Shown here in pieces: positions 34,575 through 47,704 of a stretch of 49,949 nt of DNA (position 1 is its first letter; each line of letters starts with the position of its first letter). The DNA comes from Candidatus Saccharimonadota bacterium (GTDB lineage Bacteria; Patescibacteriota; Saccharimonadia; Saccharimonadales; AWTP1-31). Location: the NCBI GenBank assembly GCA_003962975.1, contig RXKC01000009.1, forward strand, positions 75,578 through 125,526. The letters run 5' to 3'. The notes under the pieces are model-generated. The model was given only the letters and a program-made list of their open reading frames with translations. It did not search any database and had not been told where the DNA came from. The position numbers were made by a program, and so were the translations under genes.

Positions 34575-36518
34575 CTAGTAACCTCCTGAGGTTGTGTATT
34601 CTTTTTTGACGAGATCAAGTTCTGTAGCAAGCAAGCGACTGCGAGCAAAGAAGTAACCAACGATCGTTACAGCTGCAAAACTAATCAGTAGGCTTGTGCC
34701 AGGACCTGTATTTGGCAGAGTGGTCGTAGTATTTTCAACAATTTTTATTGGGGTGCCAGGTAATTTAATTTCAACTGGGTTACCGTACCAGTTGTACATC
34801 AGTAGGTCACCGGCACTCCGGTTGTTTGTATCCGGACTTGGAGTGCTAGGGATAGGATCTTTAACAGTAACGCGGAAGGTCTTAGTGATCGATGCGCCGC
34901 CTTTAATGTTCACTTTCTCGTTCCATGAAAGTACTTTGGTTTCAGGGTCAAAGACACCACCCTGCAGGGTATTTGTGTCCAGGCTGGCATACTCTAAAAC
35001 GTCCGATAGATCTTCGGGGAACAGAGTAACGCCAACAGCATCGACGCTGCTGGAGTTCCTAGTAGTAAGCGTGTATTCAATAACATCATTGGCGTTGGCT
35101 GTTGTGCCGTTGGCGTCTGCGATCTGCTTGGTGATATTGGCAGCCTTTTTACTGATACCAATAACGGGTTCTTCTTCCTCTGGCTGGATAGAAGCCTTTG
35201 TCTTACATGTCAGAGCTGGCTTGTCGGCTACCGATGACTTTACGGTGACTGATACGTCATAGGTTTTTGCTTCAGGGAAGTCATGGGTTACGGTGTCGGT
35301 GAGTGAGCTTGAATTGTTGGTCTTCTTGGTGCCATCACCAAATTCGTAGGTGTAGCTGCTAACTGTCGCGCCATTCACGGTATTTGCTTTGGTGGTGAAG
35401 GTGAACTTCTTGCTTGTTTCATCGCCGTTTGCCTGAGCTCCCATAAGAGAAACACAGACAGCGTCAGGGACGGGAACGACTTCACAGGTGTAGCCATCAT
35501 TACCGAGGATCTGGCCATTTGGACACGGTACTACCACTGTATTACATACTTGTACTTCACTGGTGTTGCGTGGGCTGGTGCCGCCCTTGGGTACATCCTG
35601 TAAGAAGGCGCGGTTACAAATAGTCGTACCTGACGGTACACGATCGTTAACACGCACTTTTATCGTTATAAAACCTGGCGTTCCAAAGGCGTCGGTATTG
35701 CCAAAGGCATAAAACGGCGGAACATTGTTGTGCCACCTTAGGTTAGGTGCATTGTTCTCAAATGCCCAGTTGCCGTGGCTGCTGCTAACCAAAGAAACTT
35801 GGCTTGGCAAGACATCGTTGACAGAGAAGAAGGCAGCAGGGCCACCCTTGTTGGTGTAAGCAAGTGTGTAGTCGATGGTGTCGCCAGACTTAACTTCGCC
35901 CTGAGGATTATTGCTTTTTGCAACACGTAGGCTGGAATCTGGTTCGGGCTTACGTACTTGGAAGTCGTCTAAACGCACTAGGTTGCCACATTCGAACATG
36001 ACCATAATGAGCTGCCCATCGTCTGTCTGAGTTTGTAATACGCGAGAGTTGAAGTTACCCCAGCTAGAAAGCGGTCGCCAGAACAGGTTACCAACACCCG
36101 GGATGTTCTGACTGGTTTCGCCAGGCTTACTGAACGGCTTACGGCCCAAAGAGCGAAGCCTATTATTGTATTCACGACTGTTGACGCTTCGCTCAGTAGC
36201 ACTTGCAAGCTTTTGGCAGGAGATACCATGGTGAAGCAAGATAGTGCCAAAGCCCTGGTCATTACGGTTACAGTGATTGATCGCCTCGGCTTTACTACGG
36301 AAGCCACACTGGATGATGTCGTTGCCTGATGGGTCACACGAGACACTGGCCTGAGCGGGCGCAAGCACGGCAAACACCTGAAGCATCATGGCTAGAGCAA
36401 CGAATGCAAAGCCAACTCGGCGGATGCCAGCTTCTTTATGAAGCCGCTTACTGTAGAACGAAACTTGGTCAATAAGACTAGGGTTAAAAGGGAGATTGCT
36501 GAGTAGTTTGTTAAACAT
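34575..36518 (-). CDS. LPXTG-anchored surface protein with DUF11-like and PKD-like repeats
   Basis: 647 aa. N-terminal signal/TM (VGFAFVALAMMLQVFAVLAPAQA). PKD-like YTYEFGDGTKKTN...THDFPEAKTYDVSVTVKS. DUF11-like GDTIDYTLAYTNKG and NDVIEYTLTTRN. C-terminal LPNTGPG, then a hydrophobic helix, then RSR. Confidence 0.8.
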   Translation of the reverse strand: MFNKLLSNLPFNPSLIDQVSFYSKRLHKEAGIRRVGFAFVALAMMLQVFAVLAPAQASVSCDPSGNDIIQCGFRSKAEAINHCNRNDQGFGTILLHHGISCQKLASATERSVNSREYNNRLRSLGRKPFSKPGETSQNIPGVGNLFWRPLSSWGNFNSRVLQTQTDDGQLIMVMFECGNLVRLDDFQVRKPEPDSSLRVAKSNNPQGEVKSGDTIDYTLAYTNKGGPAAFFSVNDVLPSQVSLVSSSHGNWAFENNAPNLRWHNNVPPFYAFGNTDAFGTPGFITIKVRVNDRVPSGTTICNRAFLQDVPKGGTSPRNTSEVQVCNTVVVPCPNGQILGNDGYTCEVVPVPDAVCVSLMGAQANGDETSKKFTFTTKANTVNGATVSSYTYEFGDGTKKTNNSSSLTDTVTHDFPEAKTYDVSVTVKSSVADKPALTCKTKASIQPEEEEPVIGISKKAANITKQIADANGTTANANDVIEYTLTTRNSSSVDAVGVTLFPEDLSDVLEYASLDTNTLQGGVFDPETKVLSWNEKVNIKGGASITKTFRVTVKDPIPSTPSPDTNNRSAGDLLMYNWYGNPVEIKLPGTPIKIVENTTTTLPNTGPGTSLLISFAAVTIVGYFFARSRLLATELDLVKKEYTTSGGY

Positions 36519-36655
36519 TTTTATGCTTTCATTTTACTTCTTAGGACTATTTAAGCATAAGATGCGTACAAGTGCTATACCTCGGTTCCACAATATTGTC
36601 TAACCTGCACATTTCATCTATACTAGTACTAAGAGTGGAACAAAAGAGAAGGTAG

Positions 36656-38635
<1,980 letters not shown>

Positions 38636-38636
38636 C

Positions 38637-41249
38637 ATGGACGAAGACACAAAAGCCACCAACAATACCGACAACACGGAAAATACCGACCAACCATTAG
38701 AGGCTACATCGCAACAGCAAACTGCCACCCCAGATAACGAACCAGCAGTCGAGATTATTGACGCTGATCATTCACGCAGTGTCGAACTTCGAACTGTCGA
38801 AGATGTCATGGAAGACAGCTATCTTCGCTACTCTATGAGCGTTATCGTAGCACGTGCCTTGCCAGACGTGCGTGACGGTCTAAAGCCAGTACACCGCCGT
38901 ATTTTGTACTCCATGGAAAAGAACGGTTGGAAGCCAGGCAGTAAGTTTGTAAAAAGCGCCCGTATCACTGGTGATGTCATGGGTAAATACCACCCCCACG
39001 GTGACGTGGCTATTTACGACGCTATGGTTCGCTTGGCACAAGACTGGTCAACTCGCTACTTGCTAGTAGATGGCCAGGGTAACTTTGGTTCTATGGACGG
39101 TGATCCTCCAGCTGCTCAGCGTTATACCGAAGCTCGCATGGCCAAGGCTGGTTCAGTCCTTCTGGAAGATATCGAAAAAGATACTGTGCCGTTTCGTGAC
39201 AACTACGACGGTAGCGAGCGTGAGCCAGAGGTATTGCCAGCTAAGCTGCCAAACCTACTGTTAAACGGTCAAATGGGTATTGCGGTTGGTATGGCTACCA
39301 ATATCCCACCACACAACCTTGGCGAAATTGTCGATGCAACCGTCCACCTAATTGATAATCCTCAGGCATCTCTAGACGACCTCCTTGAGTTCGTAAAGGG
39401 TCCAGACTTCCCAACCGGTGGTGTTATCTACGGTCGTGACTCAATCCGGACTGCCTTTGCTACTGGTAAGGGTGGTGTAGTCGTTCGTGGTGTTGCCAAC
39501 ATTGAGGAAAACAAAAAGGGACGCCACCAGATTATTATTAGCGAAATTCCGTATGCTTTAAACAAAGAAAGTCTCTTGCTCAAAATCGCTGATCTAGTGA
39601 AGGAAAAGAAGATAACTGGCGTGAGTGATCTTCGAGACGAAACTGCACGTGGTAAAGTCCGCATGGTTATCGACCTCAAAAAAGACGCCTATCCCAAGAA
39701 GATTCTTAACCAACTCTACAAGCTGACACCATTACAGAGCACCTTCCACTATAATATGCTGGCTCTTATTGACGGTATTCAACCGCGCGTCCTAGGTTTG
39801 ACCGATATTCTGAGCGAATACATCAAGCACCGCCAAGTGGTTGTGCGCCGTCGTACCGAATTCGAACTGCGTAAGGCTAAGGACCGCGCACACATCCTAG
39901 AAGGCTACAAAATTGCTCTCGACAATATCGATGAGGTTATTAAGACTATTCGTGCCAGCAAGAGCTCAGAAGAGGCTCAGCTTAACTTAATCAAGCAGTT
40001 CAAGCTCAGCGAAATCCAGGCTAAGGCCATTTTGGCTATGCAGCTACGTGTTCTGACTGGTCTAGAACGCCAGAAAATTGAAGATGAGCTTGCAGAGCTA
40101 CTCAAGCTTATTGCTAAGCTCGAAGGCATCTTGGCTGACGAAAAGAAGATCCTCAAGATCATTAAGGATGAACTACTGCAGGTTAAAGAGCAGTTTGGCG
40201 ACGACCGTCGTACCAAGGTCATCAAGTCCGAACTGGGCAAAATGAGTGACGAAGACCTCATCCCAGATGAGCAGGTTGTGGTCACGCTGACCTCTGCCAA
40301 CTACATCAAGCGATCGCAGATTGCTGACTATCGTAAGCAGAATCGAGGCGGTAAAGGCAAGCGCGGCATGGCTACGCGTGAAGAAGATGTGATTGAACAC
40401 GTGGTCAACGCTAGCACCCATGACTTCCTGCTATTCTTTACGAACAAGGGTAGAGTGTTCCGCCTCAAGACCTATGAAGTGCCTGCTACTAACCTCAATG
40501 CTAAGGGTATCGCCATTGTGAATCTGTTGCAGTTGCAACCAGAAGAGACCATTAGCTCAGTCATTAATATCAGTAAAACGAGCCAGGCAGCCCACCTGTT
40601 CATGTGTACTACGCATGGTGTCGTAAAGAAGACTCCGTTCGAGCAGTATCAGAACGTTCGTCAGAGCGGCCTCATCGCTATTAACCTAGATGAAGGCGAC
40701 GAGCTGAAGTGGATTCGTATGACAACTGGTGACAATGAGATCGTTATCTCGACTTCAAAGGGTCAGGCAATTCGTTTCCATGAAAAAGACGTTCGCCCTA
40801 TGGGTCGTGCTTCTCGTGGTGTACGTGGTATTCGCCTCCGCACCGACGATGTAGTTATCGGTATGGACACTGTCCAAGCTGGTAGCAGTATCTTCGTCAT
40901 TAGCGCCGCAGGCTATGGTAAACGTACTAAGGTGGCCCAGTTTACACCACACGCCCGCGGTGGTGTTGGTATCCGTTCTGCAGTCGTCAATGCCAAGACA
41001 GGTCCGCTCATAGGGGTTAAGACATTGTCTGAAACTGATGGCCAAGAGGTAATCATCATCTCTCGCCAGGGGCAGACTATTCGTCTCGGACTCAAGGATA
41101 TTCCAGAGCTAGGTCGTGCTACGCAGGGTGTACGTATCATGCGCATTAACGACGGTGACGAAGTTGTGTCACTAGCGCTTGTCGACAAAGTCGAAGAGGC
41201 CGAGGGCGAAGAAGATGCCCCAGCTGAAGAGCCAAAGGCCAAGGCGTAG
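38637..41249 (+). CDS. gyrA: DNA gyrase subunit A
   Basis: [40 protein letters not shown] (QRDR region), active-site [11 protein letters not shown]-terminal beta-pinwheel repeats and an acidic tail. Confidence 0.97.
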   Translation: MDEDTKATNNTDNTENTDQPLEATSQQQTATPDNEPAVEIIDADHSRSVELRTVEDVMEDSYLRYSMSVIVARALPDVRDGLKPVHRRILYSMEKNGWKPGSKFVKSARITGDVMGKYHPHGDVAIYDAMVRLAQDWSTRYLLVDGQGNFGSMDGDPPAAQRYTEARMAKAGSVLLEDIEKDTVPFRDNYDGSEREPEVLPAKLPNLLLNGQMGIAVGMATNIPPHNLGEIVDATVHLIDNPQASLDDLLEFVKGPDFPTGGVIYGRDSIRTAFATGKGGVVVRGVANIEENKKGRHQIIISEIPYALNKESLLLKIADLVKEKKITGVSDLRDETARGKVRMVIDLKKDAYPKKILNQLYKLTPLQSTFHYNMLALIDGIQPRVLGLTDILSEYIKHRQVVVRRRTEFELRKAKDRAHILEGYKIALDNIDEVIKTIRASKSSEEAQLNLIKQFKLSEIQAKAILAMQLRVLTGLERQKIEDELAELLKLIAKLEGILADEKKILKIIKDELLQVKEQFGDDRRTKVIKSELGKMSDEDLIPDEQVVVTLTSANYIKRSQIADYRKQNRGGKGKRGMATREEDVIEHVVNASTHDFLLFFTNKGRVFRLKTYEVPATNLNAKGIAIVNLLQLQPEETISSVINISKTSQAAHLFMCTTHGVVKKTPFEQYQNVRQSGLIAINLDEGDELKWIRMTTGDNEIVISTSKGQAIRFHEKDVRPMGRASRGVRGIRLRTDDVVIGMDTVQAGSSIFVISAAGYGKRTKVAQFTPHARGGVGIRSAVVNAKTGPLIGVKTLSETDGQEVIIISRQGQTIRLGLKDIPELGRATQGVRIMRINDGDEVVSLALVDKVEEAEGEEDAPAEEPKAKA

Positions 41250-41303
41250 ATAAACTGCTTACGTCTTGATGTAATTTTAACTATTCTTTTGGCTATTTTA
41301 CTC

Positions 41304-41332
41304 TTGACACACTAGTTTTTCGCAGGTAGACT
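41304..41332 (+). promoter_or_regulatory. candidate rRNA (16S) promoter
   Basis: TTGACA (41304-41309), 17-nt spacer, TAGACT (41327-41332), about 180 nt upstream of the 16S 5' end. Confidence 0.5.
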
Positions 41333-41512
41333 GGTTTGAGATCTTTTTGAGGACTGTATTAGATTGTCTCTCGAAAATGTTCATTAAAAATTGAATTGTG
41401 CAAATCAACGTCAGTTCTTCTGTCTTAGGACAGAGAACGAATATGTTTGAAAATAATTAAGTCAGTGTGACTCTTCGGAGTTACATGTTCGACTGATGCT
41501 TTAGACAAATTC

Positions 41513-43025
<1,513 letters not shown>

Positions 43026-43204
43026 ACTAGCATACAAGCAGAGCAATCTCTTGTAGAGCTAGGTCGATCTTGGTACGTTGTAACATCAGTACTGACAACG
43101 TACACACCCTTCGTCACATCAGCATTTGCGAGTGTGAGGAAGGGCAAGATATCAGTTCTGTAAACCGACTAACGTTTGATTTGCACAATTCAGTTTTTAA
43201 AAAT

Positions 43205-43242
43205 AAAAAGAGCCCACTTTTTGTGAGGGCTCTTTTTATTTT
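43205..43242. terminator. bidirectional intrinsic terminator after the 16S trailer and after the minus-strand small ORF
   Basis: aaaaagagccc-ac-tttttgt-gagggctcttttt, with A-rich and T-rich flanks. Confidence 0.7.
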
Positions 43243-43259
43243 GCGCTTAGTACTAAAGT

Positions 43260-43526
43260 TTACTGAGGGGGGTTATTCCCATATGCCTGCATGGCGTCAG
43301 CCCGGAATACATGGAATAAACCATAGCCCAGAGTGGCTAGACCACCTATACCTGCAGCTACGCCTGGTGCTGCAGCGAGAACCTCGACCCAACCAGTATC
43401 TATAAAGTGAATGCTTAGTGCGACTTCAGCTGTGCTTGCCATGCCGGCCACCGCTCCTGTGCATGCTATAAAATCAGCAGTTCTCAAGTAGTCTTTGGGG
43501 GTATATGGTTCTTGGGCTTCGGACAT
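43260..43526 (-). CDS. small Gly/Ala-rich membrane protein (88 aa), unknown function
   Basis: The ATG at 43526 gives MSEAQEPYTPKDY... with two glycine-zipper-like hydrophobic stretches. The longer tracked ORF (to 43589) runs into tRNA-Ile and is rejected. Confidence 0.45.
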   Translation of the reverse strand: MSEAQEPYTPKDYLRTADFIACTGAVAGMASTAEVALSIHFIDTGWVEVLAAAPGVAAGIGGLATLGYGLFHVFRADAMQAYGNNPPQ

Positions 43527-43550
43527 TATCAAAAAAATTGAATTATCGAT

Positions 43551-43627
43551 TGGTGGGCGATGAGGGACTCGAACCTCCGACCTCGTCATTATCAGTGACG
43601 CGCTCTAACCAGCTGAGCTAATCGCCC
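43551..43627 (-). tRNA. tRNA-Ile (anticodon GAT), CCA encoded
   Basis: GGGCGATTAGCTCAGCTGGTTAGAGC..., anticodon arm CGTCA-CTGATAA-TGACG, T loop GGTTCGAGTCC. Confidence 0.92.
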
Positions 43628-43636
43628 GAGTAATTT

Positions 43637-43713
43637 TGGTGGAGCAACAGGGACTCGAACCCTGGACCCCCGCCTTGCAAAGGCGGTGCTCTAGCCAACT
43701 GAGCTATTGCCCC
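43637..43713 (-). tRNA. tRNA-Ala (anticodon TGC), CCA encoded
   Basis: GGGGCAATAGCTCAGTTGGCTAGAGC... with a G3:U70 pair, anticodon arm CCGCC-TTTGCAA-GGCGG. Confidence 0.92.
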
Positions 43714-43774
43714 ATAATGGGATAACCAAAATTACTCCGGGTATTCTACCGAAAAAACAGCTTTTTCACAAGGG

Positions 43775-45850
43775 CTAGAGGCTAAGCTTGGTTACAGTCT
43801 GCCTGCTGCGTACGAATTGAACTAGGCGTTCACCAGCTAGCATGAGCAGTCCTAGGCCGCCGCTGACTAGCAGAGGGACGGTCCAACGACTCAATAGCTT
43901 GTCTACTTGTGATTGAGGCGTAGAGCCGCTCTGAGGGGTCGATGTAGCGCTTCCTAGTGTGCTAGTCTCTTGTGCTTCTTCTGTGGCTTCAGTCGAAGTC
44001 TGAGTAGGGCTATCGCTAGAAGCAACGCGGCCAGTAGGGCTGGCTGTAGCCTGAGCTGGGGCAAAGCTAAAGGTCAGCACAGGGCGAGCCTCAACAACAG
44101 GTGCAGTAGGTGCGGGCTTATTGCCAGCTGCAGTATCGACACCGAAGCTACCGTTCCACTTTCCAAAGACGTTGATGAACAAAACACCGAACCAGTCCGA
44201 GAAGGACATAGCACTGTTTGCGATGTTCAAAAGGTTGACAGCGGCGTCGGCGCTACCAGAAGTAGCATTGCCAGCTGTGGTGTTACGACTGACGTTAGCG
44301 TCACCGCTCTCGGCGTTTACATTGATATTGTTGGTGATCTGATTATTGGTAGTAGCGTTTAGTTCGCTGTTCTGACTGGCTAAGCTACTATTCTGGCTTA
44401 CGCCTCCACCTAGCTGAGCAGCAGTGGCACCCTGAGGAGCATTAACGATCATGCCAATCCATTCGCCCATGACGTTGACGAAGACCAAGATACTGTTCTT
44501 GCCAATGGTCTGGCTGCCGGTCAGGTTAAAGGCAGTGATGTTAGTGCGTGCTAAGCCGGTCGTAGCATTGCCAGCTGATGTATTCCTGTCAACGTTTGCG
44601 TTGCCTGAGCTCGCAGAAGCCGACACATTATTTGTGATGCCATTATTGTTATTGATAGTGGCAGAGGAGTTACTGTCGCCCAGCAGGGTGCCAGTATCAA
44701 TAGTAGTGGTAGGGACATTAGCTGCAATCAATTGATCAATGAAATCAGGAGGCAACAGGATATCGCCGTCTAGATTGCCATTGATATTTACAACACCCAA
44801 GAAGGACTGACCGCTCGATATGGCGGAGTTAATAATATTTATAATGTTAGCTACGGCTCTGGCGTTACCGGAAGTTGCGTCACCAGCAGTCGTATTCTCA
44901 ACTACGTCGGCATTTCCGGAAGTGGCATTAAGGTCGACATCGTTAGTAATTTGGTTATTAGCGTTGGAGTTGTAAGTGACGTTGTTCAAGGGGTTAGCCA
45001 TGCCAGAGCCCAGTAATGACACAAGTTGAGCGGGGTCGAGCATGAGGTCACCCACGACATCCCCATAGATATTGGATATAAAGGTCACTAAGCCCTGTGT
45101 GTTACCGAAAGAGTTTGAAGCCGACTGTAACAGAGATATAAGGGTGGCCATAGCCTCGGCATTTCCACTAAGTGCGCTTCCTGCTAAGGTATTTTGCCAA
45201 ACACCAGCATCCCCACTGCTGGCGTCAGCTTCCACGGTGTTATTCATGGATGCATTGGTGGTGTTGTTTGTAGTCTGACCACTTTGGCTATTGGCACTGA
45301 CGCCAGCGGCATTGGCCTGAGCACTCGCAGTAGCTCCTCCGGGGCTCACGTCTGTGGTAGCTTTGCTACTGTTCTTGTCTTTAGAGCCCGTACTGGCAGC
45401 AGCAGAGCTACTCGAACCAGTGCCAGTAGGACTAGTAGGGTTGGGGGTTGGGGCAGGAGGACCACCGACAGTTTGAGCGCCAGCCGGAGGTGTAGCGACA
45501 GAACGAACCCAAGCTATATAGCCTGCGCTCGGAGCGTTATAAACCCATGTGGTGTAATCCCATTGCCCAGTAGAAGCGTTATAGGTGTAAACAGGCGTAT
45601 CTTTCGCGACAACTGCACCGGTAGAAGGGTAATAAACATAGCGTTCACTTTCCCAGAGCCCAGTAGCACAGTTATAAGTGTAGGCGGCGGCGTCTGCACC
45701 TGCGGGACGGTGATTGCCAGCGCTCGTATCTTCTGGTGGCACGCAAGGTTCAGTGCCTTCAGCATAGACTCCAGCAGGAGATATGGTCATAAGTAAGGTC
45801 GCAAGGACGGTAATGAGACTGACCTTCATAACAGACAGAATTTTTTGCAT
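43775..45850 (-). CDS. secreted, C-terminally membrane-anchored repeat protein (about 691 aa) with four SG-x-A...NT-x-AG-x-A-x-SG-x-A modules
   Basis: GGAG lies 6 nt upstream of the ATG at 45850. Signal peptide KVSLITVLATLLMTISPAGVYA. Two YTYNxxTGxW units. Four ~70-100-aa repeats. Ser/Thr-rich stalk and a C-terminal TM helix. Confidence 0.8.
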   Translation of the reverse strand: MQKILSVMKVSLITVLATLLMTISPAGVYAEGTEPCVPPEDTSAGNHRPAGADAAAYTYNCATGLWESERYVYYPSTGAVVAKDTPVYTYNASTGQWDYTTWVYNAPSAGYIAWVRSVATPPAGAQTVGGPPAPTPNPTSPTGTGSSSSAAASTGSKDKNSSKATTDVSPGGATASAQANAAGVSANSQSGQTTNNTTNASMNNTVEADASSGDAGVWQNTLAGSALSGNAEAMATLISLLQSASNSFGNTQGLVTFISNIYGDVVGDLMLDPAQLVSLLGSGMANPLNNVTYNSNANNQITNDVDLNATSGNADVVENTTAGDATSGNARAVANIINIINSAISSGQSFLGVVNINGNLDGDILLPPDFIDQLIAANVPTTTIDTGTLLGDSNSSATINNNNGITNNVSASASSGNANVDRNTSAGNATTGLARTNITAFNLTGSQTIGKNSILVFVNVMGEWIGMIVNAPQGATAAQLGGGVSQNSSLASQNSELNATTNNQITNNINVNAESGDANVSRNTTAGNATSGSADAAVNLLNIANSAMSFSDWFGVLFINVFGKWNGSFGVDTAAGNKPAPTAPVVEARPVLTFSFAPAQATASPTGRVASSDSPTQTSTEATEEAQETSTLGSATSTPQSGSTPQSQVDKLLSRWTVPLLVSGGLGLLMLAGERLVQFVRSRQTVTKLSL

Positions 45851-45942
45851 CAATATCTCCAGTTGCCAGTTTAGTTATTGGATACGAGTACTAGGACTCA
45901 GAGTGGGCTCACACTCCCACTCTGAGCGAATGTGCTAGAACG

Positions 45943-46521
45943 TTAGTTAGTAACGTTGAAGCTAACAGTAGAGGTGCTGCTGTTAGAAGCATTACCTGTG
46001 CTGGCTGAACCACCAGTGGTGTTCTGGCTTACGTTCGCACTTCCAGAGCTAGAGCTCTGACTGTTATTGGTAGTAACACTGACGTTATTGTTGTTCGTAG
46101 TGTTAGATGTGTTCGTGGTGTTAGAAGTAATTGTGTTACTAGAACTAAATCCTGTGTTGCTAATAGTGCCGGAGCTATTGTTAGCACCACCACCGTTTAG
46201 GCCACCACCAGCTCCACTGTTGTTAACTGATGCTGATGCACTAAAGGCACTAGAGTTTGAGGCACTACCAGATGATGCACCTCCACCAGTTGTATTCTGG
46301 CTGCTGTTAGCACTACCAGAAGACGCACCCTGGCCATTTGAGTGTGAAGCCCCTAGGTTGTTGTTATTTGCTACATTTTCGTTGTTAGCTTGTGTGGCGC
46401 TAACTGTGTTTGTAGAGCTTGCGCCCGTTTGATTTATCGAACCTGTTTGGGCTGCAACAACCCCGGTCCCTAGACTTAGACTAGTGGCCACTACCGCGAC
46501 GAGACGTAGAATTTTTTTCAT
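45943..46521 (-). CDS. secreted Asn/Ser/Thr/Gly-rich repeat protein (192 aa), two modules related to those of the 691-aa protein
   Basis: AAGGAG lies 6 nt upstream of the ATG. Signal peptide MKKILRLVAVVATSLSLGTGVVAA. Duplicated unit I-x-(Q/N)-TG-x-SS-x-NT...SSGSAN-x-SQNTTGG-x-AS-x-G-x-ASNSS. Confidence 0.8.
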   Translation of the reverse strand: MKKILRLVAVVATSLSLGTGVVAAQTGSINQTGASSTNTVSATQANNENVANNNNLGASHSNGQGASSGSANSSQNTTGGGASSGSASNSSAFSASASVNNSGAGGGLNGGGANNSSGTISNTGFSSSNTITSNTTNTSNTTNNNNVSVTTNNSQSSSSGSANVSQNTTGGSASTGNASNSSTSTVSFNVTN

Positions 46522-46625
46522 ACGTTTCTCCTTTAATTTTATAGTTAGTAAAAGTCTGGGTTGTTCGCCCAGCCTTGCCCGAGTTAATGAGTACCCGAGC
46601 AGGGTTGAGTGACCAACGATAATTT

Positions 46626-47168
46626 CTAGGGACCACTAAAAGTGTTGTTAAAGCTATTGCTGTGAATTGAAGTATGGGAGTGTGAGCTGTTTGAACTGGC
46701 ACCGTCGCTGTTAGATGAAGAGTTCACCTCTACATTTACAGATGAGCTGTTACTGCTCGTGCCACTGGTTGCACTCTGATCGGAACCTGCAGAGTTATTA
46801 GTTACGTCAACCGTCACAGTACCGTTTCCATCTGGGGTAGGCATACTATGATGGAGGCTTCCCGAACTCGGTACAGGGATAGACTGCCCGTTCACCGTAA
46901 CTTGCATGTTTGTCGCGTTGTTGCTACTAGGATCTGAATCACCCTCAGGAGAGGCTTGTGTGCTTTGGCTATTATTTTGGGCACCTTGGACAGACTGTTG
47001 ATCACTCGACTGTGGTTCTTGGCGGGGACCGGATGGATTAGTGAGTGCGAAGGCAGCAATGGGAATAACGAGCAGACTAAGGGATCCAACAGAACTAACT
47101 AGCCGGGAATGATGACGAGCAATAAAGCTTGTCGTGGCAGATTGTGGTGCTGACTGGCCCCTAGACAT
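46626..47168 (-). CDS. membrane-anchored/secreted Ser/Asn/Gln-rich protein (180 aa)
   Basis: AGGAGGG lies 4 nt upstream of the ATG at 47168 (MSRGQSAPQ...). One hydrophobic helix (VGSLSLLVIPIAAFAL), then a low-complexity S/N/Q/G-rich region. The tracked start at 47195 is less likely. Confidence 0.65.
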   Translation of the reverse strand: MSRGQSAPQSATTSFIARHHSRLVSSVGSLSLLVIPIAAFALTNPSGPRQEPQSSDQQSVQGAQNNSQSTQASPEGDSDPSSNNATNMQVTVNGQSIPVPSSGSLHHSMPTPDGNGTVTVDVTNNSAGSDQSATSGTSSNSSSVNVEVNSSSNSDGASSNSSHSHTSIHSNSFNNTFSGP

Positions 47169-47704
47169 ATAACCCTCCTGAACAGCTACCTTCATTAGCA
47201 GTTTGTTCTGCTGCAGTATATGAGTGGAAGTAACAGTTCAGCTATCAAATATCTCACGTGGGTTTTATATGTTTTCTTACAACCAACAGCGGTGTGTCTT
47301 TCGGTAGGGTGGGTTAATAAGAACAAATTAAGGTAATAGTATTGCTACTCTGTTGCTTATCAGGTACAGATCTGTAGCAAATTTTGCATCAATATAGGCT
47401 TGACCGCCTCTGTTATTTGCGGTAAACTGTCTTGGTGTCTTTGAGTTTAGACACGTGACCAAGCCGGCACTCCCAGAGGTAAGACCAGATGTCATCAGTG
47501 TAAACTCAAGGAAAGCAGTCATATCAGTAATTCATACTGTCAGTGAATTCTGCGAGTTCGTAACTTAACAATTTAGTTAGAAATAAGTAAATAAGACAAA
47601 CGGCATTAGTTGTTGGCCTAACATTCATTTATGTGAAGAATGGTAGATACCAATAACTAGTCGAAGTCGATGCACTGGTTAATCTTCGGATTAACCAAAA
47701 GTAA

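Noticed and set aside
34696-35262. 188-aa plus-strand ORF (and 34142..34381, 35738..35926, 35978..36373)
   Set aside because: It is antisense or out of frame within the LPXTG protein and its partner gene. The minus-strand frames carry signal peptide, PKD/DUF11 motifs and the sorting signal.
43970-46432. Plus-strand ORFs antisense to the repeat-protein genes (43970..44362, 44121..44342, 44451..44735, 45072..45278, 45194..45796, 46067..46432)
   Set aside because: The minus-strand frames are far longer (691 and 192 aa), with SD sequences, signal peptides and internally consistent repeats. The plus-strand translations are by-products of the repetitive codon usage.
47328-47522. 64-aa minus-strand ORF in the 0.5-kb gap between the Ser/Asn-rich protein gene and 23S
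   Set aside because: No SD upstream of the ATG and no recognisable features. The region more likely contains the 23S promoter and leader, which I could not pin down confidently.
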